Below, piece after piece: positions 12,019 through 23,081 of a DNA stretch of 64,000 nt. The first letter of the stretch is position 1. Each line of letters opens with the position of its first letter. Under the pieces are notes generated by a model. That model did not search any database. It was not told where the DNA came from and was given only the letters and a program-made list of their open reading frames with translations. The translations under genes were made by a program, and so were the position numbers. This DNA comes from Octopus sinensis (Eukaryota): assembly GCF_006345805.1 (NCBI RefSeq), contig NC_043003.1:57970001-58034000 (forward strand). The letters run 5' to 3'.

Positions 12019-12284
12019 TGTGTACAGTGCTCAGGTGCACTACAACTCGTCTAAAGTGTATATATAATCAGGTGTAGTTTCGGCGGATTTCGGAAAGCAT
12101 GAGGGCCTTAAAGGATGCAGTGTCATGGCAGTCAACAACTGACGCAGGCAGTTTATTCCATGCTTCAGCAACTCTGAGCATGAAAAAATGTTTCCGAAAG
12201 TCATGGGAGCTGTGTTGTTTTCTGACTTTGTAGGCATGTCCACGTGTGTTAGACACATGGAGATCAAAAAGGTGTTCAAAAAGG
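11985..12284 (-). mobile_element. 5'-truncated CR1/L2-clade LINE: ORF2 C-terminus, 3' stem-loop and (ATT)n tail
   Basis: Minus frame ...NTRGHAYKVRKQHSSHDFRKHFFMLRVAEAWNKLPASVVDCHDTASFKALML...* fits the CR1/L2 RGH...RK.FF..RV...WN.LP..VV...FK motif. 3' hairpin AGTGC-acctga-GCACT. Confidence 0.9.
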
Positions 12285-12668
12285 TGTGTGGTAAGAAACT
12301 TGATTCCCAACCACATGGTTCCAGGTTCAGTCCCACTGCACAGCACCTTAAGCAAGTGTCTTCTATTATAGCTGCAGGCTGACCAAAGCCTTGTGAGTGG
12401 ATTTGGTTGACAGAAACTGAAAGAAGCCTGTTGTATATATGTGTGTGTGTGTGTGTGCGTCTTGGTATCTGTGTTTGTGTGTGTCCCCCATCACCATTTG
12501 ACAACTGGTGTTGGTGTGTTTACGTCCCTTAACTTGGTGGTTCGGCAAAAGAGACCAACAGAATAAGTACTAGGCTTGAGAAATAAGTCCTGGGGTCAAT
12601 TTGTTTGACTGAAAAACCTCTCAAGGCAGTGCTCCAGCATGGCCACGGTCAAATGACTGAAACAAGGG
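12283..12668 (+). mobile_element. SINE-A, near full length (first bases missing)
   Basis: Head, (TG)n core and tail ...caaatgactgaaacaag. Confidence 0.88.
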
Positions 12669-12711
12669 GAAAAAACAGTAAAAGAACAACAGGATATTTT
12701 GAGGTAAGGTT

Positions 12712-12815
12712 TGAGCCTGGTGCAGCCCTCCTGGCTTCCCAGACCTCAGTCGAACCATCCAACCCATGCTAGCATGGAAAACGGCCGTTAAACAATGATG
12801 ATGATGATGATGATG
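12712..12815 (+). mobile_element. Family D 3' end with (ATG)n tail
   Basis: gagcctggtgcagcc...ccaacccatgctagcatggaaaacgg...ttaaac(atg)n. Confidence 0.85.
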
Positions 12816-13564
12816 ATATCACTTTAAAACAGAAAGTGAAAGAACCCAGGAGAATGGGGGGAGGAGGAGACAGCCTGGGTCCCAGGAGGGGTGGGTTAGC
12901 ATCAAAGAGGTTAATTCAACTCTGTAGTCATCAACACCATCATCACCATCACTACTCCCCCTCCCTCCCAAAAATCAGTTTTTAGTACTTTAATATCTAC
13001 TAACCTCCTTCACCGTGGCCACCACCACCACCACCACCACCACCACCACCATTATCATTTGCAGTATCTACCCATCAACACCTACTATCAGGGTCATTGC
13101 CACCACCACTACCACCACTGCCATGAGGGCGTGTGTACCTCAGTGCCTTCATTATTATTCTTAGTATCTCCCATCTGGCACCTTGGCCATTTCCACTCCT
13201 TCCATGGTCATTAAAGCTTCCCATCTATTCCAACCAGTCTCCAACACCAACAACACCCACCACATGACTACTGCTACTACTACCACTATTATTATTGTTG
13301 CTGCTACTACTACTACTGCTATTCCTCCTCCTCCTCCTCCTCATTATCATCATCATCATCATAACTATCCTTGTCATCATTATCATTATCGGCAATATTG
13401 CTACCTTCTGCTTCCTTATGATCACTACCTTTGCCATGATGATGATGATGATGATGATCAGCATCATCATCATCATCACTCAATCAATCCCTCACTCAGC
13501 CACATGAAGGGCCTTTGCTCATAAGTTGTCATCATTGTCATCATTTATCCCCACCCGCCCCACC

Positions 13565-14130
13565 AAGGCGATGCTTAGCAGTATTTCGTCTGTCTTCACG
13601 TTTCAAGTTCAAATGCTGTCTGGGTTGACTTTGCCTTTCATCCTTTTGGGGGCTTGATAAATTAAGTACCAGTTATGCATTGGGGTCGATCGATGTAATC
13701 AACTGGTCCTCCTCCCCCAAAATTTCAGGTTTTGTGCCTGTAGTAGAAAGGATCATTTACCCCCCATAATGAGCCCTATGAACAAACGTTTTCCAACCAT
13801 GACCATCCCATCCTTCTCCTGATCAACTTCATTAACTGGTCATATTCAGCCCAAAATATTAAACCTGTTTTATGTTCAAACTGGCCAGATCCAGCCTTTC
13901 GCACCTACCTAAAAGAATCATTAGCCTTTCGCACCTACCTAAAAGAATCATTAGCACGCCAGGTGAAATGCTTAGCAATTTTTTGATCCGTTTTTCATGT
14001 TCCGAGTTCAAACTCCACCAAGGTTGACTTTGCCTTTCATCCTTTCAGAATCAATAAATTAAGTACCAGTGAAACATTAACCCCCTTCCCCACAAAATTT
14101 CAGGCCTTGTGCCTTTAGTAGAAAGGTTTA
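13565..14130 (+). mobile_element. Two SINE-B copies (13565-13755, about 13945-14130); the second is nested in a piggyBac-type MITE
   Basis: gagttcaaa B-box-like motif, gactttgcctttcatcc...aattaagtaccag core, gcctt.gtgcct.tagtagaaagg tail. Confidence 0.8.
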
Positions 14131-14823
14131 TTAAATAAGCATTACTTTTGACAGGAGTAATCTGAATGCCACAGGGGTGAGTATCTAGAACTACATCATC
14201 TTGATGCCAATGTGTCATGCATTATACCAATTTTTTTTTCCAAGACTGATAGGGTGTAATTTGAATGAAGACAAGAATGCTATTTTTAACAGCAGGTCCA
14301 ACAGAACATGGAACATGAGGGACCAGATTCAGAGTCCCTCCTTCCCATTTCCCTGTCTATTATTTTTCTGCTTGCTGCTCATATATTTCCCAAAAGGGAG
14401 AGAGAGAGAAACAGAGGGAGACTTTTGTTATCATTTCCATTTTTTTTTTTTTCTTTCTTGCTCACATTTTTACCCAGTGATGAAAAATTAAAAAAAAAAA
14501 AAAAATTATCTGTCAGGTGGGAATGGAATGGAATAGAATAGAAAAAGTAAGTGGGGTGAGAGAGGAAATCATTAACTACCTGGGTGAAGGAATAAGGGAA
14601 TAAATAATATTTGGTGAGGGTATTTGGGTAGATTTCAAAACCATAAAAGAAAAAATAATAAAGAACAAAGAACCACTGTTTTTGAAATTCTGTTCTGTGG
14701 GGTTTGAGGGTATTTATTTATTTATTTATTTATTTTTTTATTTATTTTTTTTTTTTGGTCTTGTAATGGATTTTGGTATGCATATTTGGAAATTATTCAT
14801 TTTTTTCAGAGATGATGGTGGAA

Positions 14824-14865
<42 letters not shown>

Positions 14866-15561
14866 AAAGGAATTATTTCATCTGCACTTTTATTGTATTT
14901 TATTTATTATTTATTTCTGGAAACCATATACCTGTAAATAGTTTAATGCTAATGGTGTACGGGAGGGGTGGGGTTGAATAATATTTTATTCTTTTAATTT
15001 CCTTCACCTCTTTCCTCCCCCCCTCATTTTCCCTCTCATTTTACCCCCTTCCCCCTTATCGTTGTGTGCGAGCGAGCGAGCGAAAAGTGTCTAAGTAGAG
15101 CAGCTTTCATTTATTTTATTGTTCTTCTGGGTCTTCCTATTTTTTTTCATTTATTTATTTGTGTTATTTTTGATGTGTTGTTGTTGTTGTTGTTGTTTGT
15201 GATTATGTGTGTGTGTTTGTGAGAGCATGTATGTGTGTGCATATGTATGTGCATACCCTGCGCGTTTATCTTATATGTTTCTGCATGTGCTTTAATGTAT
15301 GTGTATGAAATGGTTAAGGAGCGGTATTCATCCAGAGATTGGCCACTTCCTTCTTTGGCATATACCATAAATAACTTGCTTGGATAATTTTTCTTCAGTT
15401 GCATAATTGCACATCTTTTCACAATGTCAATGATGATGATGATGATGATGTTAATGATGATGGTGATGATGATGATGATAACTATATAATGGACTAATGT
15501 AATAATAACGAGAATTATTATATTGATCACAATAACTTTCATAATAATAATAATAATAATT

Positions 15562-15716
15562 AGGTGTGGCTGTGTAGAAGTAGCTTGCTTCCCAACCACA
15601 TGGTTCCGGGTTCAGTCCTACTGCATGGCACCTTGGGCAAGTGCCTTCTACTATAGCCTCGAGCTGATCAGAGCCTTGTGAGTGGATTTGGCAGACGGAA
15701 ACTGAAAGAAGCCCGT
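15562..15716 (+). mobile_element. SINE-A 5' half
   Basis: Head through gaaactgaaagaagccc, then (TA)n. Confidence 0.88.
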
Positions 15717-15740
15717 TCTATATATACATATATGTATATG

Positions 15741-15972
15741 TATTTCTTTATTGCCCACAGAGGACTAAACATAGAGGGAACAAACAAAGACAGAGAAAGG
15801 GATTAAGTCGATTACATTGACCCCAGTGCGTAACTGGTACTTATTTCATTGACCCCGAAAGGATGAAAGGCAAAGTCGACCTCAGCGGAATTTGAACTCA
15901 GAATGTAGCGACAGATGAAATACTGCTAAGCTTTTCGTCCTGCATGCTAACGATTCTGCCAGCTCGCTACCT
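15741..15972 (-). mobile_element. SINE-B, long-tail form, full length
   Basis: Reverse complement: gagctggcagaatcgttagc...gagttcaaattcc...gtcgactttgcctttcatcctttcggggtc...ataaagaaata. Confidence 0.9.
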
Positions 15973-16399
15973 TATAATTAATAATATTAATGATGATAAT
16001 TTTTTTATTGACCACAAAAGGTTTACATGACGAGAAACATGGACAGCACACGATGAGTGGTGGTGGTGGTAGTGGTGGTGGTGATGGTGGTGGTGGTGGT
16101 AGTGGTAGTGGTGGTGGTGGTGGTGGCGGCAGCGGCGGCTGTTGTTGTTGCAGTTGCAGTGATGGGTATTGGTAATAATGATTAATAAGGAATCTACTTC
16201 CACCTCCCACCCTCCTGCCCAAACCCCATCGCTCCATTGCATCTCCTTTCTCCCCACCCACCCCCTCTATTCTTTTTTTTTTTTTCTTTTCAATTATTTT
16301 CCTAGGATGGATATTCCCTTACAAAATATAACGAGAAAACAATTTCCTCCCTGAATACCAGTCATTATTGTTCCTCCACCATTCATTGTTATTACTTTG

Positions 16400-16508
16400 A
16401 ACTATTGTCTCTCACTTCCTCTCTCTCTTCCCCACCCCCTCTATCTCTCTCTCCCTCCCCTCTCGCTCACTCACTTTGTGACAATGGAACAGGAGACGCA
16501 CGGTGAGT
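16400..16508 (+). promoter_or_regulatory. Candidate promoter / short first coding exon: (CT)n tract, Inr-like TCACTT, ATG at 16484 (MEQETH), donor G|GTGAGT at 16503
   Basis: ctcgctcactcactttgtgacaATGGAACAGGAGACGCACG|gtgagt; CpGs retained; repeated ATTGT/ACAAT (Sox-type) motifs upstream. Confidence 0.3.
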
Positions 16509-16804
16509 CACAATAAGGTATTGCCCTTAATTTTGTAAAAAAAAAAAAAAAATCGTTCACCCCCTCTGTGTACAAAAGTAGGTTAGCAGGACCATGTGGT
16601 GCTGCATTTTAGTGCAGTGAAATGCAATAAAGTGCAGTTGATGACAGGCGGATAAGATGTGTGTTTCATTGGTAGATAATGAGCAAGGAACTGGTCCTCT
16701 TTCGGACACTAATCAAACTGATTCACTGCTATTATAGCCGCTAATAGTACTAACATCATTACTAGGAGCCAATTGGGGACCTGCTTAAGTAGTCGTTAGA
16801 CATG

Positions 16805-17135
16805 CTAGAAATAGCAGCTAAATTTCTTTTAAATTCATACTATGACATTCAGAAAAAAACCTGCTCTATTAAGGGCTCGTTCAATATGCTAGACATAGCA
16901 GTCAAGTCTCCTTCAAATTACCTTCTACGGTCTTTAGAAAGGATACACTCTCTTAACTAGTTGTTCAACATATTAAAAATAGCAAATAAACTAGAAATAG
17001 CAGTCAAATCTCCTTCAAATTATCTTCTATGATCTTTAGAAAGGATGCTGTCTCTTAAGTGGTTGTTCAACATACTAGAAATAGCAGCCAAATCTCCTTC
17101 AAATTATCTTTTATGATCTTTAGAAAAGATACACA
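16805..17135 (+). repeat. 84-bp tandem array (about 4 units) of the family E head
   Basis: ctaga(a/c)atagcag.caa.tctccttcaaatta units start at 16805, 16889, 16973/16991 and 17075. Confidence 0.85.
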
Positions 17136-17854
17136 TTTTTGCCAGCTGAGTGAAATAAAGTGTCTTGCACAAGGGCACAATGCATCACCAGGAATTGAAC
17201 TCACAACCTTATGATCACGAGTCAAATACCCTAACCACTTAGCCACATACCTTTACACAAAAGATAAAAAGACCTCTCAACCGGATGGGACCCTGGGTCG
17301 ATGGGACTCTACAGCCACAATGTGCATTCGAGGTGTCAGTGTTCACTGAGTCCTGCAATTCACATCAGTTCATGTGGATAGCCACATTCTTCATCGACAG
17401 ACAAACCAAGTGGTCATAGAAATTACTTTCTATGATCTTTAGAAAGGATCCAGTGGAGGGATGGTCACGGCTGTCTGGTCTTCCACAGATACATGTACTG
17501 TCTACATAATTTTCCAGTGGAATCAACATGATAGAGCATGTGGCAAGACTGGACCTTCACATTACAAATGCAATCCATCGTACAGGCTTTTCACTTGGTT
17601 TCCGCCCACACCCTTTCCTTTACAAGGCTCAAGATCTCAAGTAAAGGAATTGGACCTGAGACTTTGTGATTGTGAAGGTGACCATGCTGTGTTTAAGAAA
17701 ATAACACATTGAATAATGTAGTCCCAGCTGCACTGTGTCTGAATAAAAGACAAGCCCATCACAGCCAGAGCAGCCTAGCTGGAGTGTGTGCCACTCCATG
17801 GAGCGTCCCTAGAGGTTCCTGCTCCCAATTCTAAGCCACCCAATCCTATATTCG

Positions 17855-18192
17855 GAGACCCCCTTCGGTCACAACACAGACCATGGGATTGCACCTAGAA
17901 AGTTACCCTCCAAGACACAAGTCCGGGCGAGGTTGTTTATGGAAGACCAGCAGTCGCCCATGCATACCAGCCTCCCCTCTCCACACCACCAGTGTTATCC
18001 AAGAGAAAGACAAAGGTCGATACAGCTTCGCACCAGTGACGTCGCAACTCATTTCTACAGCTGAGTGAACTGGAGCAACGTGAAATAAAGTGTCTTGCTC
18101 AAGAACGCAACACGCAGCCTGGTCCGGGATTTGAGCTCACAACCTCACGATCGTAAGCTCGACGCTCTAACCACTGAGCCATGCGCCTTCAC
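17855..18192 (-). mobile_element. SINE-C, full length, CpG-rich (young); tRNA-like head
   Basis: Reverse complement starts gtgaaggcgca-TGGCTCAGTGG (A box, 18181-18171) ...GAGCTCAAATCC (B-box-like), then ttgagcaagacactttatttcacgttgctccag. Confidence 0.88.
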
Positions 18193-18789
18193 TCCTATAT
18201 AGGCTTATACAATAGACCCCAAAGTGCTCCCACTTAGCTATGCTACTGCATGGCTATGAAACCTTTTGGAAGGCTCTCGTGATCAGTACTGATGTGGGTG
18301 AAACAACAGCAACAGCAATAACAACATCAACGACAACTTGAATTTTGAAAAAGACAGTCGGCTTTAGAGGGGTTTGAACCCAGAATCACTTCGTATCAAG
18401 CTAGGTACACGAATGCCATCTACTCTGATGTTCTGTTATTGTCTGCAATCTTTAATCTACCAGCTGTTTAAAAATAGGAATGTAATTGCATGAACAAAAA
18501 AGTTCAACAGGGAAAATTCTGTTGTCAGTTAGAACAAGTTATGATTGCTTGTGAATATATTTGTCTTGCTCTATATAGAGGATGAGGATGATGAGTGTGT
18601 GCGTGTGTGTATGCTCTTATTGTCTGTGTTTAAATGCTAATAGGTGTATGTGTAGAGAAAAACAAAGCAAAACAGATTCACATGTTCGTGAAGATATAAT
18701 TCAATATATGAATGCATACAATTTTTATAAGTATGCGTATGCATTTGTATGTGTGTATCTGCACATACATACACACGCACATAAATATA

Positions 18790-19098
18790 TATATGTATGT
18801 ATGTATGTATATATGTATGTATATATGTATATATATATGTATGTATATATGTATGTATGTATATATGTATATTTATATATATATATATATATATGTGTGT
18901 GTATATATGTATATATGTGTATGTATGTATGTATATATGTATATATGTGTATGTATGTATGTATATATGTATATATATGTATGTATGTATATATGTATGT
19001 ATGTATATATGTATGTATATATGTATGTATGTATATATGTATATATATATGTATGTATATATGTATATATATATGTATGTATATATATATGTATGTAA

Positions 19099-19138
<40 letters not shown>

Positions 19139-19243
19139 TATATATATGTATGTATATATTATGTATGTATATATGTATATATATATATATGTATGTATAT
19201 ACATGTATGTATATGTATGTATATATATGTATGTATATGTATG

Positions 19244-19279
<36 letters not shown>

Positions 19280-19290
19280 TATACATACAT
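18790..19290. repeat. Compound (ATGT)n/(AT)n microsatellite, about 500 bp
   Basis: Direct reading; source of multiple MYVCIY ORFs. Confidence 0.95.
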
Positions 19291-20664
19291 ATATGAAGAC
19301 ATGCACACCAATTCATATACAGCTGTGTGTGTATGCATATACCAGTTATTTAATGTTTGTGTATAAACATTTGAAAACACAAACATACACACACTCACGC
19401 ACACACACACACACACACACACATACGTACACACATGTATAAAATATGAGGACAACGAAATATTTATTTCTCTAATACAACAGTGTGCATTTGTGCGAAA
19501 GTCTTTACGAAGGATCAATAGACTTTAGAACAATTCAGAGATAACATAACATAATAGAATAAAATAATATAATGTAAACAAAATGACATCTGAAAATTAA
19601 TCAACGTTTAGATATTAAAATATACATGGATGTATGTATATTTTTTCCTGGACATAATTATGTTTCCAGTAGACGCATATATATACAAAAAAATACACAC
19701 ACACACACACATACTCTATACCATAATACATACAAATGTTTCCTTTGTCAGCAGGCAGCAAAAATGAAATTCTTTGAAATATACTGATTTATATAGCCTT
19801 GTAGTTTACATTAAGCAAAACAGAGTTATTTCATAAACAAAAGCTACAAAGCTGAAGCTACGTAAAATCTAAAAAATTGTCTACCACATTTACTACTGGA
19901 TGTATATAGATATTATAGTTATGTTATGTGCATGGTATGTTCATTAGTATATATATATATGTGTGTGTGTGTGAGTGGGTGTATGTGTGTATTATTATTA
20001 TCTCGTTAAACATTGAGGATGAACTGAATGCAACAGTGTTATGTCTCAACAAGCAATTATGTAATACTGGTAGTGAGTTTGCCGAAACATGTATGTGCTT
20101 TATAAAGCTTAAGATACCACATATGTTTTCTATATTTTTATTAATACTGTCTATCTATACATCTGTCTGTCTGTCTGTCTATCTGTCTATCTATTTATCT
20201 ATCTATCTATCTTTCTTTCTTTTCACACACACAGGGTTACCCTCCAGCCTATAAAATTTTCACTGCTCTCATGGCATTCACTTTCTGCTTCTCTCCTCTC
20301 CTTACATCTTGACACCACCTCAACATCCTACACCTCTCTTTCCTTCAGTCACTCTCTCCAGATCCTTATGACTTTTATTTGTCCCTCTCTTTCATGTTCC
20401 CTTCCTCACACACCTTGTTCCCATATTCCCCTTTAAAATATGGGACAGCACTGAATCACTCCCTCCTACCACCACCACACCTGCCCTTACTACTCTGTCA
20501 CTCCCTTTCTCAATAACCCCTAACACTAATCTTTTCCCTTCTGTTCTCCTTTCCTCATAAATATCTACACTTTTACTCTCTCCACTGGCCCCTACCACCC
20601 TCACATAAATTTGGTTAAAAAGGGACAATGAGCAATGGCTAGTAGAATATTCTTTTCTACTCTG

Positions 20665-20865
20665 GTTCCTGTGCCAGTGGCACATGAAAAGCACCCCCTA
20701 CACTCTCAGAGTAAATGTTGTTAGGAAGGGCATCCATCTGTAAAAACTCTGCCAGACCACATTGGAGCCTGATGCAGCCGTTGGCTCTCCAGACCGCAGT
20801 CAAACCGTCCAACCCATGCCAGCATGGAAAATGGACGTTAATTGATGATGACGATGATGATGATG
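20665..20865 (+). mobile_element. Family D with (ATG)n tail
   Basis: aaaagcaccc...ttaggaagggcatcca...ccaacccatgccagcatggaaa...(atg)n; a second tail at about 21090-21210. Confidence 0.85.
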
Positions 20866-20866
20866 A

Positions 20867-21063
20867 CTCTAGGCACAAGGCCTGAAATTTTGGGGGAGGG
20901 GGCTATTTATTCAGATCAACCTCAGTAAACAGCTGATACTCAACCGAAAGGATGAAAGGCGAAGTCATCCTCGACAGAATTTGAACTCAGAACGTAAAGA
21001 CAGATGAAATACCGCTAAGCATTTTGCCCGGTGTGCTAACATTTCTGCCAGCTCACTGCCTTA
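20867..21063 (-). mobile_element. SINE-B
   Basis: Reverse complement of the copies at 21608 onward. Confidence 0.85.
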
Positions 21064-21557
21064 ATAGTTAGAAGAATATTGATCTAGCAACTTTGCCAGA
21101 TCAGATTGGAGCCTGGTGCGGCCTCCTGGCTTGCCAGTCCCCAGTCAAACCATCCAACCCATGCCAGCATGGAAAACGGACATTAAAGAATGATGATGAT
21201 GATGATGATATATAACAGACCAACTGTTCAGTTTGGCACTCTCTCTCTCTCTCGCTAAATCTTCTTTGTTACAAACTAAACTGGAATGTCTGATAACTGA
21301 TAAATATGTGTAACAAGCCTGTATGTCTGCCTGCCTGTCTGTCTGTGTCTCTGTTTACCTGAAGACAATCACACTTCACACCTGCCTGTCTGTGTTATTA
21401 AAGCAATCATTGGAATATTTTATCAATGTATACATAGATATGAATGTTCTAAACTATGTGTAGATAGATAGTTGTTGGTGTGAAGAAATTAATTTACAAG
21501 TGTGGCTAATTCATGGATATCACCTGCTTGGATCATTTATTATTATTGATATTGTTA

Positions 21558-21598
<41 letters not shown>

Positions 21599-22401
21599 GC
21601 TGTTGTTAAGGCAGCAAGCTGGCAGAATCGTTAGCATGCTGGACAAAATGCTAAGCGTTATTTCTCCCATCGCTACGTTCTGAGTTCAAATTCCACCAGG
21701 GTCGACTTTGCCTTTCATCCTTTCGGGGGGGGGGCGATGAAATAACACTGGAGTTGATGTGATCAACTCATCTCCTCCCCCAAATTTCAGGCCTTGTGTT
21801 TGTTGTAGTAAGGATTAGTGTTGCTGTTGTTGTTGTTGTTGACGTTGGTGAGCTGGCTGAATGGTTAGCATGCTAGACAAACTGCTTTATATATTGAGTT
21901 CAAATTCTACCAAAGCCGACTTTGTCTTTAATCCTTTCAGGGTCAAGCGCTGAGGTCGATGTAATCAAGTTAGACCCTCCCTCAAAATTTCAGGCCTTGT
22001 GCCTATAGTAGAAAGGATTATTATTATTGTTGTTGTTGTTTCATCTGTCTTTATGTTCTGAGTTCAAATTCCACCAAGGTTCGACTTTTCCTTTCATCCT
22101 TTCGGGGTCTATAAATTAAGAACAAGTGGAACTATAATCTCCACAAATTTGAGGTCTTCCACTAGAAATAATTGTTGTTGTTGTTGTTGTTGTTGTTGTT
22201 TTTACTGTTAAGGTGATGAGGTGGCTGAATGGTTAGCATGCTAGACAACATGCTTCATGTTCTGAGTTCAAATTCCACTGAGGTTGACTCTGCCTTTCTT
22301 TCTTTCTATCGAGGTTGATGAATTAAGTGACAGCCAAGCACCCAGCTTCATGTAATCAACTATCTCCTTCCTATAAAATTTCCAGCCTTGTTCCTACAAC
22401 A

Positions 22402-23081
22402 CAGTGGTTCTCAACCATGGTCCATATCGCCCCCCCCCCCGAGGGTCCTTATAGTATTTTAAGGGCCACTGATAAGATTTTGCTTTAGATGTAATGTATT
22501 GGTGTGTATTGCAAAAAACATCTTGGTTTCTTTCTCTAACATTTTACGTAGTTCAACCTGCACAAGTTAATGTGGAGAAAAACAAAATGGGAACTTTGAA
22601 AGAAGTTTCTATAAAGCTACTAGCAGTATCGCCCGGCGTTGCTCGGGTTTGTAAGGGAAATAACTATAAAGCATTTTTAGAGAGTTATAGCCAAAAAATG
22701 AAAAAAAAATGATGGTAAATTTTTTTTAGTTAAAAAGGTCGAGTTGCGTCCCCTAGACCATCTGTGGTTTGTGTTTCTGATTCTCGACTCCATGTCGAAT
22801 TTATCGATTTTTTTCAGAACTGGGGGAACTTTTCAAAATTTTCGCTGCGTTAGTTTTGAATTATGACATTGGGCTATGTGTGTGTCAAGTTTCATCAGAA
22901 TCGGTTGAAAGCCGTGGTCAGGGTGAGAGTACAAGCAATCAGACACACAGAAACACGCACAGACAAGCTGCCGTTTATATATAGAGAGAAGATTATTTAG
23001 ACATCGAATGGCTATGGGGATCCACCAGAATAAAATAGCAATCTAAGGGGTCCATAGATAAAAAATGGTTGAGAACCCCTG
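22402..23081. mobile_element. hAT-type MITE with 8-bp TSD
   Basis: TIRs CAGTGGTTCTCAACC / GGTTGAGAACCCCTG; flanks ctacaaca and ctataaca (7/8 match); sits in a SINE-B tail. Confidence 0.88.
22619..22993 (+). mobile_element. Non-autonomous Helitron/Helentron-like element nested in the hAT MITE
   Basis: Absent from the sister MITE at 39783-40442. Begins actagcag...cccggcgttgctcggg (hairpin), contains aagtttcatcagaatcggttga and (CAGA/CACA) runs, ends atatagagagaagat. No TSD. Confidence 0.7.

Noticed and set aside
14308-14541. ORF starting MEHEGPDSES, superficially like MEQETH at 16484
   Set aside because: Runs into (GA)n and poly-T/poly-A with no donor; the similarity is only a few bases
18360-18440. 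Minus-strand tRNA-like fragment with GGGTTCAAACCC
   Set aside because: No cloverleaf or anticodon stem can be formed; at most a decayed SINE head, so it is not called as a tRNA
18582-19518. ORFs up to 286 aa (MYVCIY / YIHT type); likewise 30105-30586, 35117-35993, 50463-51113, 56486-57292
   Set aside because: Translations of (ATGT), (TA), (CTAT) and (CT) repeats that lack stop codons by construction
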